Assembly: GCA_049472355.1 (NCBI GenBank)
Contig: JBLIRP010000113.1
Span: 1 to 10,083 of the forward strand
DNA: 10,083 nt
Direction of reading: 5' to 3'
Origin: a bacterium
GTDB lineage: Bacteria > SZUA-182 > DTGQ01 > JAFGSM01
Positions 1 to 7,480 of this stretch are shown here, in pieces (within the stretch, counting starts at the first letter, position 1; the number at the start of each line of letters is the position of its first letter). Under the pieces are notes generated by a model, which searched no databases, was not told the DNA's origin, and worked only from the letters and a program-made list of their open reading frames with translations. The position numbers and the translations under genes are program-made.

Positions 1-1
1 G

Positions 2-673
2 ATCGTTTCCCATGTCACCTCAATCGATCCCTCAGCCGGGATGATCGGTGTCTTGAAGGAAAAGACGGCAGAACAGGGGATCACCAATGTCCATTGTGTA
101 CTGAAACGCTGGGAGGAGGTCGACATCACGAGGGATCTGTACCCGCCCTATGATGTGGTGCTTGCCTCCCTGTCACTCGGTATGTACGATATCAAGGAAT
201 CCATACAAAAGATGCTCGACGCCACATCACGGTTCGTCTATCTTTTCTGGTTTGCAGGGGAACCGTCATGGGATGTGCATGCGCGCGCCCTCATCCCCCT
301 GCTTCACGGGACCGATTTCCAACCCATGCCCCGGTGTGACGTACTTTTTAACGTCTTATATCAGATGGGGATCTATCCTCATGTAGAGGTTTATCCTTAC
401 CAGCATCTCAATGTATTTGCCTCCAAGGAAGAGGCGGTAACGTATTTTGCCCACCGATTCGGTGCCTCTACAAAAAGACAAAGGGAGATCCTGGGAGAGT
501 ATTTGGCTGGGATTCTTCAGAACGAAAGGGGATTCCTTGTCCTTCGCTCCCCTGCTACCTGTTTGAAGATGTGGTGGGAGCGGTCCATAATCGAGCGCCA
601 AGCACTTCCTTCAAGGAGGTGTGATACGAAACGTGGGGCATATGCCGGTTCCGGGGCAGGGCATTTTCAATAA
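2..673 (+). CDS. Class I SAM-dependent methyltransferase (5'-partial; runs off the left edge)
   Basis: The frame is open from base 2 (IVSHVTSIDPSAGM...), giving the typical motif 'VTSIDPSAGM'. It is followed by 'NVHCVLKRWEEVD' and 'YDVVLASLSL'. The glycine-rich motif I lies outside the window. Stop TAA at 671-673. Confidence 0.85.
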   Translation: MVSHVTSIDPSAGMIGVLKEKTAEQGITNVHCVLKRWEEVDITRDLYPPYDVVLASLSLGMYDIKESIQKMLDATSRFVYLFWFAGEPSWDVHARALIPLLHGTDFQPMPRCDVLFNVLYQMGIYPHVEVYPYQHLNVFASKEEAVTYFAHRFGASTKRQREILGEYLAGILQNERGFLVLRSPATCLKMWWERSIIERQALPSRRCDTKRGAYAGSGAGHFQ

Positions 674-1307
674 AGCACCTCCCACCGGCTGGTATCGGCC
701 ACAGGAGCCCTCCCACATGGTCGATGATCCTCTCATTGGGGTCCCGATCCCCAAGTCCGGAGATGAATACCCCCTGCAACGAAGATGGTCTCAAATCCTT
801 GAGGTGAATACTGACGGATTGTTCGTCGATATCCGGGACGAATTCCAATTCCCTCCACACAATCCTCCTCTCCTCCACCACCTCCTCGACGTCGTATTCC
901 TGGGTGAGGTATTGGGCATTGAGGGGATTGATTTGTCCGGGGAAATAGACCTTCATAACGATTCTATGGACGTTGGGATCGAATTCCTGGGAGAGGGCGA
1001 TTTTTGACTGCCAAAGCCCGTAAGGGAAGTCTCCCCAGGGGGGGAACAGGGCCAGATCAGCCAATGCCAATGCATTACAATCCTCAAAGGATGCATAGGT
1101 CTCGGGATCATCGACATAATCATCGAGATCTACGGGCGCTGTATCGTATACCAGGAGCTGAAGGGTGATAGATCCCTTGCCGGTTTTAGTGAGAAGGTCA
1201 CGGGAGGTAGCGGTATCCTGCGCACGGGCATGAGACAGAAAAAGGGGAATCATGATTGCCGTAAACGCGACAATCATCCACCAGGGCATGGCCCATTTCT
1301 TTCTCAC
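555..1307 (-). CDS. Exported protein with choice-of-anchor U-like domain and CFI-box-like motif (~250 aa)
   Basis: The ORF spans 555-1364. I prefer GTG at 1307, preceded by GAGGGG-aagccc, which gives a clean signal peptide MRKKWAMPWWMIVAFTAIMIPLFLSHARA|Q. 'DFPYGLWQSKI' and 'GLGDRDPNERIIDHVGG' resemble choice-of-anchor U motifs as I recall them. 'PAGGRCFI' has CFI at 669-677. The domain call is from motif recognition only. Confidence 0.62.
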   Translation of the reverse strand: MRKKWAMPWWMIVAFTAIMIPLFLSHARAQDTATSRDLLTKTGKGSITLQLLVYDTAPVDLDDYVDDPETYASFEDCNALALADLALFPPWGDFPYGLWQSKIALSQEFDPNVHRIVMKVYFPGQINPLNAQYLTQEYDVEEVVEERRIVWRELEFVPDIDEQSVSIHLKDLRPSSLQGVFISGLGDRDPNERIIDHVGGLLWPIPAGGRCFIENALPRNRHMPHVSYHTSLKEVLGARLWTAPTTSSNR

Positions 1308-1475
1308 GGGCTTCCCCTCAAAGCAGCGGCAATGTACAAACAAGGAACTCAATCCTCCCTTCATAAAGGACTATATATCTCCTCCATGTCTGAATCAATC
1401 ACACTACCCCTTTATTAATCTATCGTCATAAACAATCCTCAACCTGGAGAACGGCCGTGCATCCCGCATGCAGAC

Positions 1476-1513
1476 AGACCTGGAGACCTGCGGCGAAAAG
1501 GTCTCCGGGGTCT
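1476..1513 (-). terminator. Stem-loop directly downstream of the 1519-2052 gene (terminator or 3' stabilising hairpin)
   Basis: Perfect 8-bp core GGAGACCT (1482-1489) / AGGTCTCC (1499-1506), extended by AGACC/GGTCT across a bulge. It begins 5 nt after the stop codon. There is no clear U-tract on the minus strand. Confidence 0.5.
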
Positions 1514-1518
1514 ATTGC

Positions 1519-2052
1519 TCAGATGAGCGGAAGGAGTGCGGTGAGCCCGGTGAGGGTCGGAATGGTGGGTGCGGTGGTCGACAGCCGGGTCAATGTCTTT
1601 GTCTGTGTGGGTCCGGTCAATCCGGAGAGGAGCGGGAGGAGTGCAAGCGCGGTTAGGCCCAGCGCCGGGGTTGCCACGGTGGGTGCGACGGCCGTTACCG
1701 GTGCTACCGGTGCCACCGGGCTGAGGGGCAAGACCGTGACCTGAATCACGGAGAGCGTGGGATTAAAGAATATGGTCACCGTGGCTGCGGCCTGTCTGAG
1801 TGCGGGTGCGGGCATACGCACGGGAGAAAGCAGTGAAAGGGACGTCCTTGGAGGAAGGGGGGGCGCAATAAAGGGACCCAGAACCGGCAGTCGGGGGAAC
1901 ATGCCCAGGAAGGGGAGAAAGGGATACGGGGAAAACAGGGGGGAGAAAAAGGGGTTGGGCGCTCTGTACCAAGGGGGGATCTGCGCACGCCCTGGACGGC
2001 CTACCGAGAGAACCAGGGCGGCAAGGAGTAGTATGAGAAGATATCGTTTCAT
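1519..2052 (-). CDS. Secreted Pro/Leu/Thr-rich hydrophobic protein, R-x-A-A family member (177 aa)
   Basis: Strong SD AAAGGAGGT 6 nt before ATG. Signal peptide MKRYLLILLLAALVLSVGRPGRA|Q. Pro/Phe-rich region, then RQAAA at 1783-1797. No Asp or Glu in the protein. Confidence 0.8.
   Translation of the reverse strand: MKRYLLILLLAALVLSVGRPGRAQIPPWYRAPNPFFSPLFSPYPFLPFLGMFPRLPVLGPFIAPPLPPRTSLSLLSPVRMPAPALRQAAATVTIFFNPTLSVIQVTVLPLSPVAPVAPVTAVAPTVATPALGLTALALLPLLSGLTGPTQTKTLTRLSTTAPTIPTLTGLTALLPLI
1697..1719. repeat. Short in-frame 9-bp tandem repeat encoding PVA-PVA-PV
   Basis: accggtgct accggtgcc accgg on the + strand (about 2.5 copies). Confidence 0.6.
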
Positions 2053-2250
2053 GGGCTGACCTCCTTTACATATTGTTTCTTAGATCAAGGCAATCAACCG
2101 AATTTTTGCCTTAAGAACCTTCATCGTTCATGTCAATCGTACGATCAAGTGCGTTATGTTTACATACACGCCTAAATCGGTAAATTGAACGTGGTCACCA
2201 GGGTGCTTGTACAGCAGTTGTTCTCCTTTCAGTCGCTGCGTCTCCTTGTT

Positions 2251-5175
2251 TCAGTTACAGGGGGCTGGACAGAGCCGTTTTGCCTCCTGCAACAAAACAA
2301 GGACATCCTGATTAGACGGTTCGATGCGCAGGGCCTCCCGCAGATGATCCACCGCCCCCCTGTAATCCTGGAGTGCAAACAGGGCAAGCCCCAGGTTGAA
2401 GTGGACCTTCGGATTTTCGTAATCAAGTTCCTCCGCCCTCCTCCATATACTGATTGCAGCATCGTAATCCTTTCTTTCATAATTGGCGGTGCCCAGGTTT
2501 ATGAGTGCCTCAACATGATCGGGCCGGGCGGCAAGCAGTGTTTCCCAGACTGCAATGGCCTTATCAATATTGTTTTGTCGCAGGTATGCAGTGCCGATAT
2601 GGAGATACGGCTCTTCGAGGGTGGGGTCCAATGCCAGGGCGCGTTCCCACAGTGAAATGGCCTGTGCATAGTCGGCATCCTGAAATCGGGCCGTTGCCAT
2701 ATTCAGGAGAGGGACGGGATCTGCCGGATCGATGGTGTATGCCCTTTCCCATGCTGCAATCGCCTCCCGGAGCAGGCCCCTATCGAAGAGGGCCTGTCCC
2801 AGCTTCAGAAACGCCTGTGTATGCCGGGGATCCAGCTCAACGGCGTGCCGCCACAAGGCGAGGGCCTCGTGCGGCCTGTTGAGCCCCGAGGATGCCTGGC
2901 CGAGATAAAAGTAGAGGTCCGCCGATGCCGGACCCTTGGTGATCGCGGTTTCCAGCGCTCGCTGCGCCGCATTGTAATCGCCTTGCGCGAGATAAAGGAT
3001 TCCCCGGTGCGTCCATGCCCCCTGATGCCCGGGCGCCATTTCAACGGCCTTCGTATAGGCATTGGCCGCGGCGGCATACTCCGCGCGGTGGAGATGGACG
3101 GTACCCAGATTGATGATCGCCTCGATATAATCGGGTTTTATTCGGACTGCCGCGGAAAACTCCTCCTCGGCCTGATTGTATAATCCCTTCTCCATGAAGA
3201 TGCTTCCGCGATTGTTATGTGCCTCTGCGCTGTTCGGATCGATGGAGAGGGATTTCTCGAACTCCCGAAGGGCATCATCCCCCCGCCCCAGTCGGTGGAA
3301 GAGCACCCCAAGGTTATTGTGGGCCTGCAGATGGTTCGGGTCCAGTTCGATGGCCTTTCGGAGAAAGCCGGCAGCCTCGTCATAGTTTTTCCGGTCAAGG
3401 GAAAGCTGCCCGAGTTGATTGAGGGCATCGACGTACCGGGGATCCAGTGCAAGCGACCTCTGTGCAGCATGGATGGATTTATCGAGATCCCCCTTTTGCC
3501 GGTGCACGACACTCAGATTGTAATACACCTCCGCATATTCGGCCTGCGCAAGCGCCAGTTCGAATTCCTCCAGGGCCTTGTCCGGGTCGCCCTTTTTGTG
3601 ATAGATCACCCCAAGGTGGTTGTGGACATCCAAATAGTTGGGTGAGACGGCAAGGAGCCTTCTGAACGTCCTTTCAGCCTCGTCGAGATTGCCGCTTTTT
3701 TCCTCAATCGATGCGAGGTAGAACAGCGCCGAGGCATTGTCCGGGTTGACGGAGAGTATTGTCTGGAACTCCCGGCGTGCGCGGTCATACAGACCGAGAT
3801 AGATATAGGAAACCCCCCGATCGATCCCCTCCAGAAGCGCGATCATGTCCTTGGGATCAGGCCGCCCCTCTGTTTCCCCGGCCCCGGACCACACGTATCC
3901 GAGGCTCTCCATGCGTTTTCGCACCTGGTCGTCCAGATTCACCTGCGCTGAGCGGCCGGGCCCCAGTGCCGTCTTCAATGCCTCAAGCCTTTCCCGCCAG
4001 GGACCTGCATCCTGGGGATAGAGGTTGGTGCCCTCCTTCGGATCATGTGCGAGATTATAGACCTCGGGCCGCGGTGCACTGACGAATTTCCACTCCGGTG
4101 TCCTGATCCCTTCGATCCTGCTCCATCCGAAATTTTCCTCCGGATAGAGGGACTCCAGCAGGATCTCACGATCGAATGAATGCCCGTTCCCCGTCATCAG
4201 CGGGAGAAGGCTTTTCCCCGGGAGCGTCTTTGTGGAAGCGCCCTTCAACGGTATGCCGAAAAGGTCCAGGACCGTGGGGAGGATATCGAGGGTGGAGACC
4301 ATCTCATCGATCCTGCCCGCAGGGATGGTCCCCAACGGGTCATGGATAATGAGCGGGACATGCATGGTGGTGTCATAGACGAAAATGGCATGGGTTGGTT
4401 CACCGTGCTCACCGAGTCCCTCGCCATGGTCCGAGGTGAGAATGACGGCCGTTTTGTCCATGAGACCCAGACGCTCCATGCCGAGGAACAGGTCACCGAT
4501 GCAGTGATCGGTGTAGGCAATCTCGCCGTCGTACAGGTGGCCCTTGTACTGCTCCCTGAACGGACTCGGGGGCAGGTACACGGCATGGGGATCGAAGTAA
4601 TGGAGCCAGAGAAAAAAGGGACCCTCCCGTAGGGCGGAAAGCCAGTCCAACCCGGCCCTGGTCACCTCCTCCCCGCGCCGTTCGTTCTCCAGAAGGATTG
4701 CGGCGGCCCCCTCTTTGGGAAGGGAGTCTTCGTAGAAGTCGAATCCCTGGTCAAGGCCAAAGAGTGAATCCAACACAAAGGCGCCGATGCAGGCCCCGGT
4801 GTGAAGCCCGTGGTCCTTCATGACCTCCGCCATGGTGAGCACCTCGGGATCGAGGAGGTAGTTTCCGTTGTTTCGAACCCCGTGCTGGAGCGGATACAGG
4901 CCCGTCAGGATGGTGACATGGGAGGGAAGGGTAATGGGCACCGGGGTGAATGCCCGGGTAAAGAGGACCCCCTTTGATGAGAGGCGGTCGATCGCAGGGG
5001 TGTTGGCGTCCCTATACCCATAGCAGCCCAGATGGTCCGCCCTGAGGGTGTCTATGGTGATGAGAAGAAGATTGCGTCGAGGCCCCTTCGCTGCGGTGCC
5101 CAGCGCGTACGCCGGGCCCGTGGAAGCGGTTATTGCCATAACCGCAGCGAGGATGAGAAAAAAGAGCCGTTTCAT
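2251..5175 (-). CDS. Exported sulfatase-like hydrolase/transferase (alkaline phosphatase superfamily) with long C-terminal TPR array (~974 aa)
   Basis: Preferred ATG at 5175 gives signal peptide MKRLFFLILAAVMAITASTGPAYA. Motifs: NLLLITIDTLRADH, PITLPSHVTILTGLYP, WLHYFDPH, TSDHGEGLGEHGE, PLII, MESLGYV. The C-terminal ~510 aa are 34-aa TPR units such as AHNNLGVLF...A...F.KSLSIDP. Confidence 0.93.
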   Translation of the reverse strand: MKRLFFLILAAVMAITASTGPAYALGTAAKGPRRNLLLITIDTLRADHLGCYGYRDANTPAIDRLSSKGVLFTRAFTPVPITLPSHVTILTGLYPLQHGVRNNGNYLLDPEVLTMAEVMKDHGLHTGACIGAFVLDSLFGLDQGFDFYEDSLPKEGAAAILLENERRGEEVTRAGLDWLSALREGPFFLWLHYFDPHAVYLPPSPFREQYKGHLYDGEIAYTDHCIGDLFLGMERLGLMDKTAVILTSDHGEGLGEHGEPTHAIFVYDTTMHVPLIIHDPLGTIPAGRIDEMVSTLDILPTVLDLFGIPLKGASTKTLPGKSLLPLMTGNGHSFDREILLESLYPEENFGWSRIEGIRTPEWKFVSAPRPEVYNLAHDPKEGTNLYPQDAGPWRERLEALKTALGPGRSAQVNLDDQVRKRMESLGYVWSGAGETEGRPDPKDMIALLEGIDRGVSYIYLGLYDRARREFQTILSVNPDNASALFYLASIEEKSGNLDEAERTFRRLLAVSPNYLDVHNHLGVIYHKKGDPDKALEEFELALAQAEYAEVYYNLSVVHRQKGDLDKSIHAAQRSLALDPRYVDALNQLGQLSLDRKNYDEAAGFLRKAIELDPNHLQAHNNLGVLFHRLGRGDDALREFEKSLSIDPNSAEAHNNRGSIFMEKGLYNQAEEEFSAAVRIKPDYIEAIINLGTVHLHRAEYAAAANAYTKAVEMAPGHQGAWTHRGILYLAQGDYNAAQRALETAITKGPASADLYFYLGQASSGLNRPHEALALWRHAVELDPRHTQAFLKLGQALFDRGLLREAIAAWERAYTIDPADPVPLLNMATARFQDADYAQAISLWERALALDPTLEEPYLHIGTAYLRQNNIDKAIAVWETLLAARPDHVEALINLGTANYERKDYDAAISIWRRAEELDYENPKVHFNLGLALFALQDYRGAVDHLREALRIEPSNQDVLVLLQEAKRLCPAPCN
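2270..3830 (-). repeat. TPR repeat array (~15 units; boundaries approximate)
   Basis: Periodic 34-aa units with N-L-G...A...A-L/I-x-L/I-D-P signatures in the translated ORF. Confidence 0.85.
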
Positions 5176-5333
5176 TCCCAATCGTTCCTGATTATAAATG
5201 ATTTCTGCTTGAATCAGTTCGGCTGTTTCCCCTGATCGAGAACAAGGAAAACACACCCCGCAATTGCTGCCGTTCCTCGGGGGCCTGATCGTCTGCATGG
5301 TCTGTCACTGTCCTCATATGTCCTGATAGGGAC

Positions 5334-5385
5334 AAAAAGGCCTGTCCGCCGCGGTTATTGCACATGTTTGACAGAGGACAGGCCT
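5334..5385 (-). terminator. Probable intrinsic terminator closing the four-gene cassette
   Basis: Perfect 10-bp inverted repeat AGGCCTGTCC (5338-5347) / GGACAGGCCT (5376-5385) with a 28-nt loop, running into a T5 tract on the minus strand. It starts 22 nt after the stop at 5408. The loop is unusually long. Confidence 0.6.
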
Positions 5386-5407
5386 GTTCCGAGCCGTATT
5401 CAGTCTG

Positions 5408-6217
5408 TTATAAGACCGGCGGATTGAGATTCAGGTTAAAGATCCCCTCATCGATCACCGGGGTAGCAGTCCCCAACACCGTATAAAAACCGGTCATGGT
5501 GGTGGGTGATAGCAAAATACCGGTCAGCACGCAATCATATCCCGTCCCCACAAAACCCTCCAGGGTAATGGTATCATTGATTATAGCACCACTTACTTCG
5601 AAGGGAATACTGGCGTAGCGGCTCCCCTGCAAAACAGCGGTCCCGGCAAGAATCCCCAGTAGGGGGTCTTCCGCAAGATTGAGCAGCATGGGCCCCGAAT
5701 TCCAGAGCACGGGAAAGGCAATATAGGTGCTCTGCCATGAACCGGTCCAGCTTCCCGCCTGGGCAGCGGTCCTGGTGGGGGCAACAACTGCCGCCAGGGG
5801 AGCGCTGGCCAACGTGGATGAGGCGAGGGTTATGGGAGGAATGACTCCCGAACGCAGGCCGCCGGTCAGTTGCGGGAATATCCCCAGGGTGCTCGGCAGA
5901 CCGAGGCCAATGCCGCCAAAGCCAAAGAGGGGATTATAGTTAAATGGCGCCGGGGAAAACGTGCCCAGGGTGTTCCCAAATCCGAAACCTCCCCATCCAT
6001 ACAGGCCAAGGGCGGATAGGGGAGTGTTGAGCGCGCTCGATCGTATCCCGAATCCGGGGAGAAACACATACGGGTTGTACAATCCTCCATAGCCGACCGC
6101 CGGATTGGGGGGACTGATGGTGAAGCCCGAGTATTGAGATGCCACCGGAGAGCACAGGATCAGCGCCGCACATAAAAGGAAAACAACACCTTTAAGAATA
6201 GACAGCTTCCTTGTCAT
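5408..6217 (-). CDS. Secreted protein: Gly/Pro/aromatic-rich region, RTAA motif, then ~117-aa predicted all-beta domain (269 aa)
   Basis: Signal peptide MTRKLSILKGVVFLLCAALILCSPVAS|Q. Low-complexity G/F/Y/P region, then RTAAQ at 5759-5773, then GSWTGSWQS and alternating beta-strand patterns. AAGGAG/AGGGT lie upstream of the ATG. Confidence 0.82.
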   Translation of the reverse strand: MTRKLSILKGVVFLLCAALILCSPVASQYSGFTISPPNPAVGYGGLYNPYVFLPGFGIRSSALNTPLSALGLYGWGGFGFGNTLGTFSPAPFNYNPLFGFGGIGLGLPSTLGIFPQLTGGLRSGVIPPITLASSTLASAPLAAVVAPTRTAAQAGSWTGSWQSTYIAFPVLWNSGPMLLNLAEDPLLGILAGTAVLQGSRYASIPFEVSGAIINDTITLEGFVGTGYDCVLTGILLSPTTMTGFYTVLGTATPVIDEGIFNLNLNPPVL

Positions 6218-6355
6218 GACGGAATACCCTTTCTCCTTATATCTTCTCGTGGTTAATGTCGTCCTGCCAGGGTTCTCCTCTTGTAGGTATAATGGTTATA
6301 TTGCCACCTGTTCCCTATGCCCTGTTGCAACTGCTTCGTGTATGAACAACCTCCT

Positions 6356-6811
6356 TTACAGAAAGAGATTCTGGAGCAGGGCAAACAGGAGCGGGTTTTC
6401 GGTGCTGAGTGCCCCCTCATACAGTGCGCTTGTATAGACCGTTGCCAGCAGCGACAATAGGGGCGGAGGAGAGGCAGGGGCAGCAGTCAGCGTTGGGGCC
6501 GCCACCGTCGGGTTGATGACGCTGACGGTCCCCGCTGTAGGATTGGTGACGATAATGGTCGCCGCGCCAATCCGGGGGAAGGCGGAGAGGCTCGGTGGGC
6601 TGTAATAAGGGAGTGCAGGATAGCTCAGAGGGAATAACCGGGAAACAGGTGCAACAGGGGGAAATGCTCCGAAGGGATATCCGAAGGCGCCGAACCCCCA
6701 AAATGGATAGAGATAGGGAACCTGGGCAGTCCCTTCCGTTGCAAGCCCACAGACCATGAAAACCATTGCGATGCAGATCAGGGTGATGACGATGCCATTG
6801 ACTGTTTTCAT
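6356..6811 (-). CDS. Secreted Pro/aromatic-rich hydrophobic protein, R-x-A-A family member (151 aa)
   Basis: GGAGG-ttgtgttt-ATG at 6811. Signal peptide ending GTA|Q. RIGAA at 6560-6574. Amphipathic or hydrophobic C-terminus NPLLFALLQNLFL. Confidence 0.8.
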   Translation of the reverse strand: MKTVNGIVITLICIAMVFMVCGLATEGTAQVPYLYPFWGFGAFGYPFGAFPPVAPVSRLFPLSYPALPYYSPPSLSAFPRIGAATIIVTNPTAGTVSVINPTVAAPTLTAAPASPPPLLSLLATVYTSALYEGALSTENPLLFALLQNLFL

Positions 6812-6838
6812 AAACACAACCTCCATTATTCAAGCCTG

Positions 6839-6853
6839 TCAAGTTATATGCCG
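6839..6853 (-). promoter_or_regulatory. Possible internal sigma-54-like promoter (degenerate -12 element)
   Basis: Minus strand CGGCATA-TAAC-TTGA has the correct -24/-12 spacing but TTGA instead of TTGC. It sits just upstream of the SD of the 6811 gene. Confidence 0.25.
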
Positions 6854-6950
6854 GTTATGCCTTGTGGGGTAGCGGCTCATTTTCAATGAACCAGGCCCCC
6901 AGGCAGCATGGAAACAATTAGTTACATTAACGAAGCTCGCGTGAATAGAG

Positions 6951-7343
6951 TCATCCCTCCAGGGTGAAGATGAGGATGAGAAACACAAGGGTGCTCGGGG
7001 TGAGATTGAGCGTGCCGAGCGGCGCATAAGCGGAAACGGTTGGGGTCGTTTGCGGCACGACCACAAGCGTAGCCGCGGCGCCCCTTGAAAGCGTCGGCAG
7101 ACTGGCCAGGGCCGGATTTACTAATGGATTCATGAATGGTGAAGCAATAATGGGGAATGAGGGGTACGCGGGAAGAAAAGGGGCATAGGGTGAGGCGAAA
7201 AAACCGTTTTGTGAATACAGCGGTGAAAAGGGAAAATAGAACGGTGGCACCAGTTGCGTATGTGCCGCCATAGCAAAGAGAAAGATGGAGAGCATCAGGA
7301 TGCACCCGCCCACAAAGATACGAGTAGAACAATTTCGCCTCAT
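6951..7343 (-). CDS. Secreted Pro/Phe-rich hydrophobic protein, R-x-A-A family member (130 aa); paralog of 7481-7861
   Basis: GGGAGGAAGGA upstream of ATG 7343. Signal peptide ending AAHT|Q. RGAAA at 7071-7085. C-terminal APLGTLNLTPSTLVFLILIFTL is 18/22 identical to the neighbouring gene. Confidence 0.83.
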   Translation of the reverse strand: MRRNCSTRIFVGGCILMLSIFLFAMAAHTQLVPPFYFPFSPLYSQNGFFASPYAPFLPAYPSFPIIASPFMNPLVNPALASLPTLSRGAAATLVVVPQTTPTVSAYAPLGTLNLTPSTLVFLILIFTLEG

Positions 7344-7480
7344 ACTTTTTTCCTTCCTCCCAAAAAGGTACCGTATGTCAACTCGACCGCTCACCATGAC
7401 AATGAAACACCCTCACCCCAGTCGGTAATGGATGATAGTGGGAACCTCGTTATGCATGGTTGAGCGGCGCTCCGTTTCTT

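Noticed and set aside
1845..1980. Purine-rich G/A runs on the + strand
   Set aside because: Explained by Pro/Phe/Leu/Ser codons (CCN, TTY, CTN, TCN) of the minus-strand gene.
621..2059. Plus-strand ORFs 621-1007, 1230-1418, 1457-1744, 1468-1656 and 1757-2059
   Set aside because: Antisense shadows of minus-strand genes that have SD sites and signal peptides. They show no recognisable motifs.
2185..5235. Numerous alternative-frame and antisense ORFs over the sulfatase-TPR gene
   Set aside because: They overlap a strongly supported ~974-aa gene and are expected by chance in GC-rich DNA.
5176..5298. 41-aa N-terminal extension of the sulfatase (including CGVCFPC)
   Set aside because: It would bury a clear signal peptide that starts at ATG 5175, so it is probably not translated.
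7413..7457. 14-codon ORF MHNEVPTIIHYRLG between the first two paralogs
   Set aside because: The SD is weak and distant. Its resemblance to the 15-codon frame after 6349 is too slight to support.
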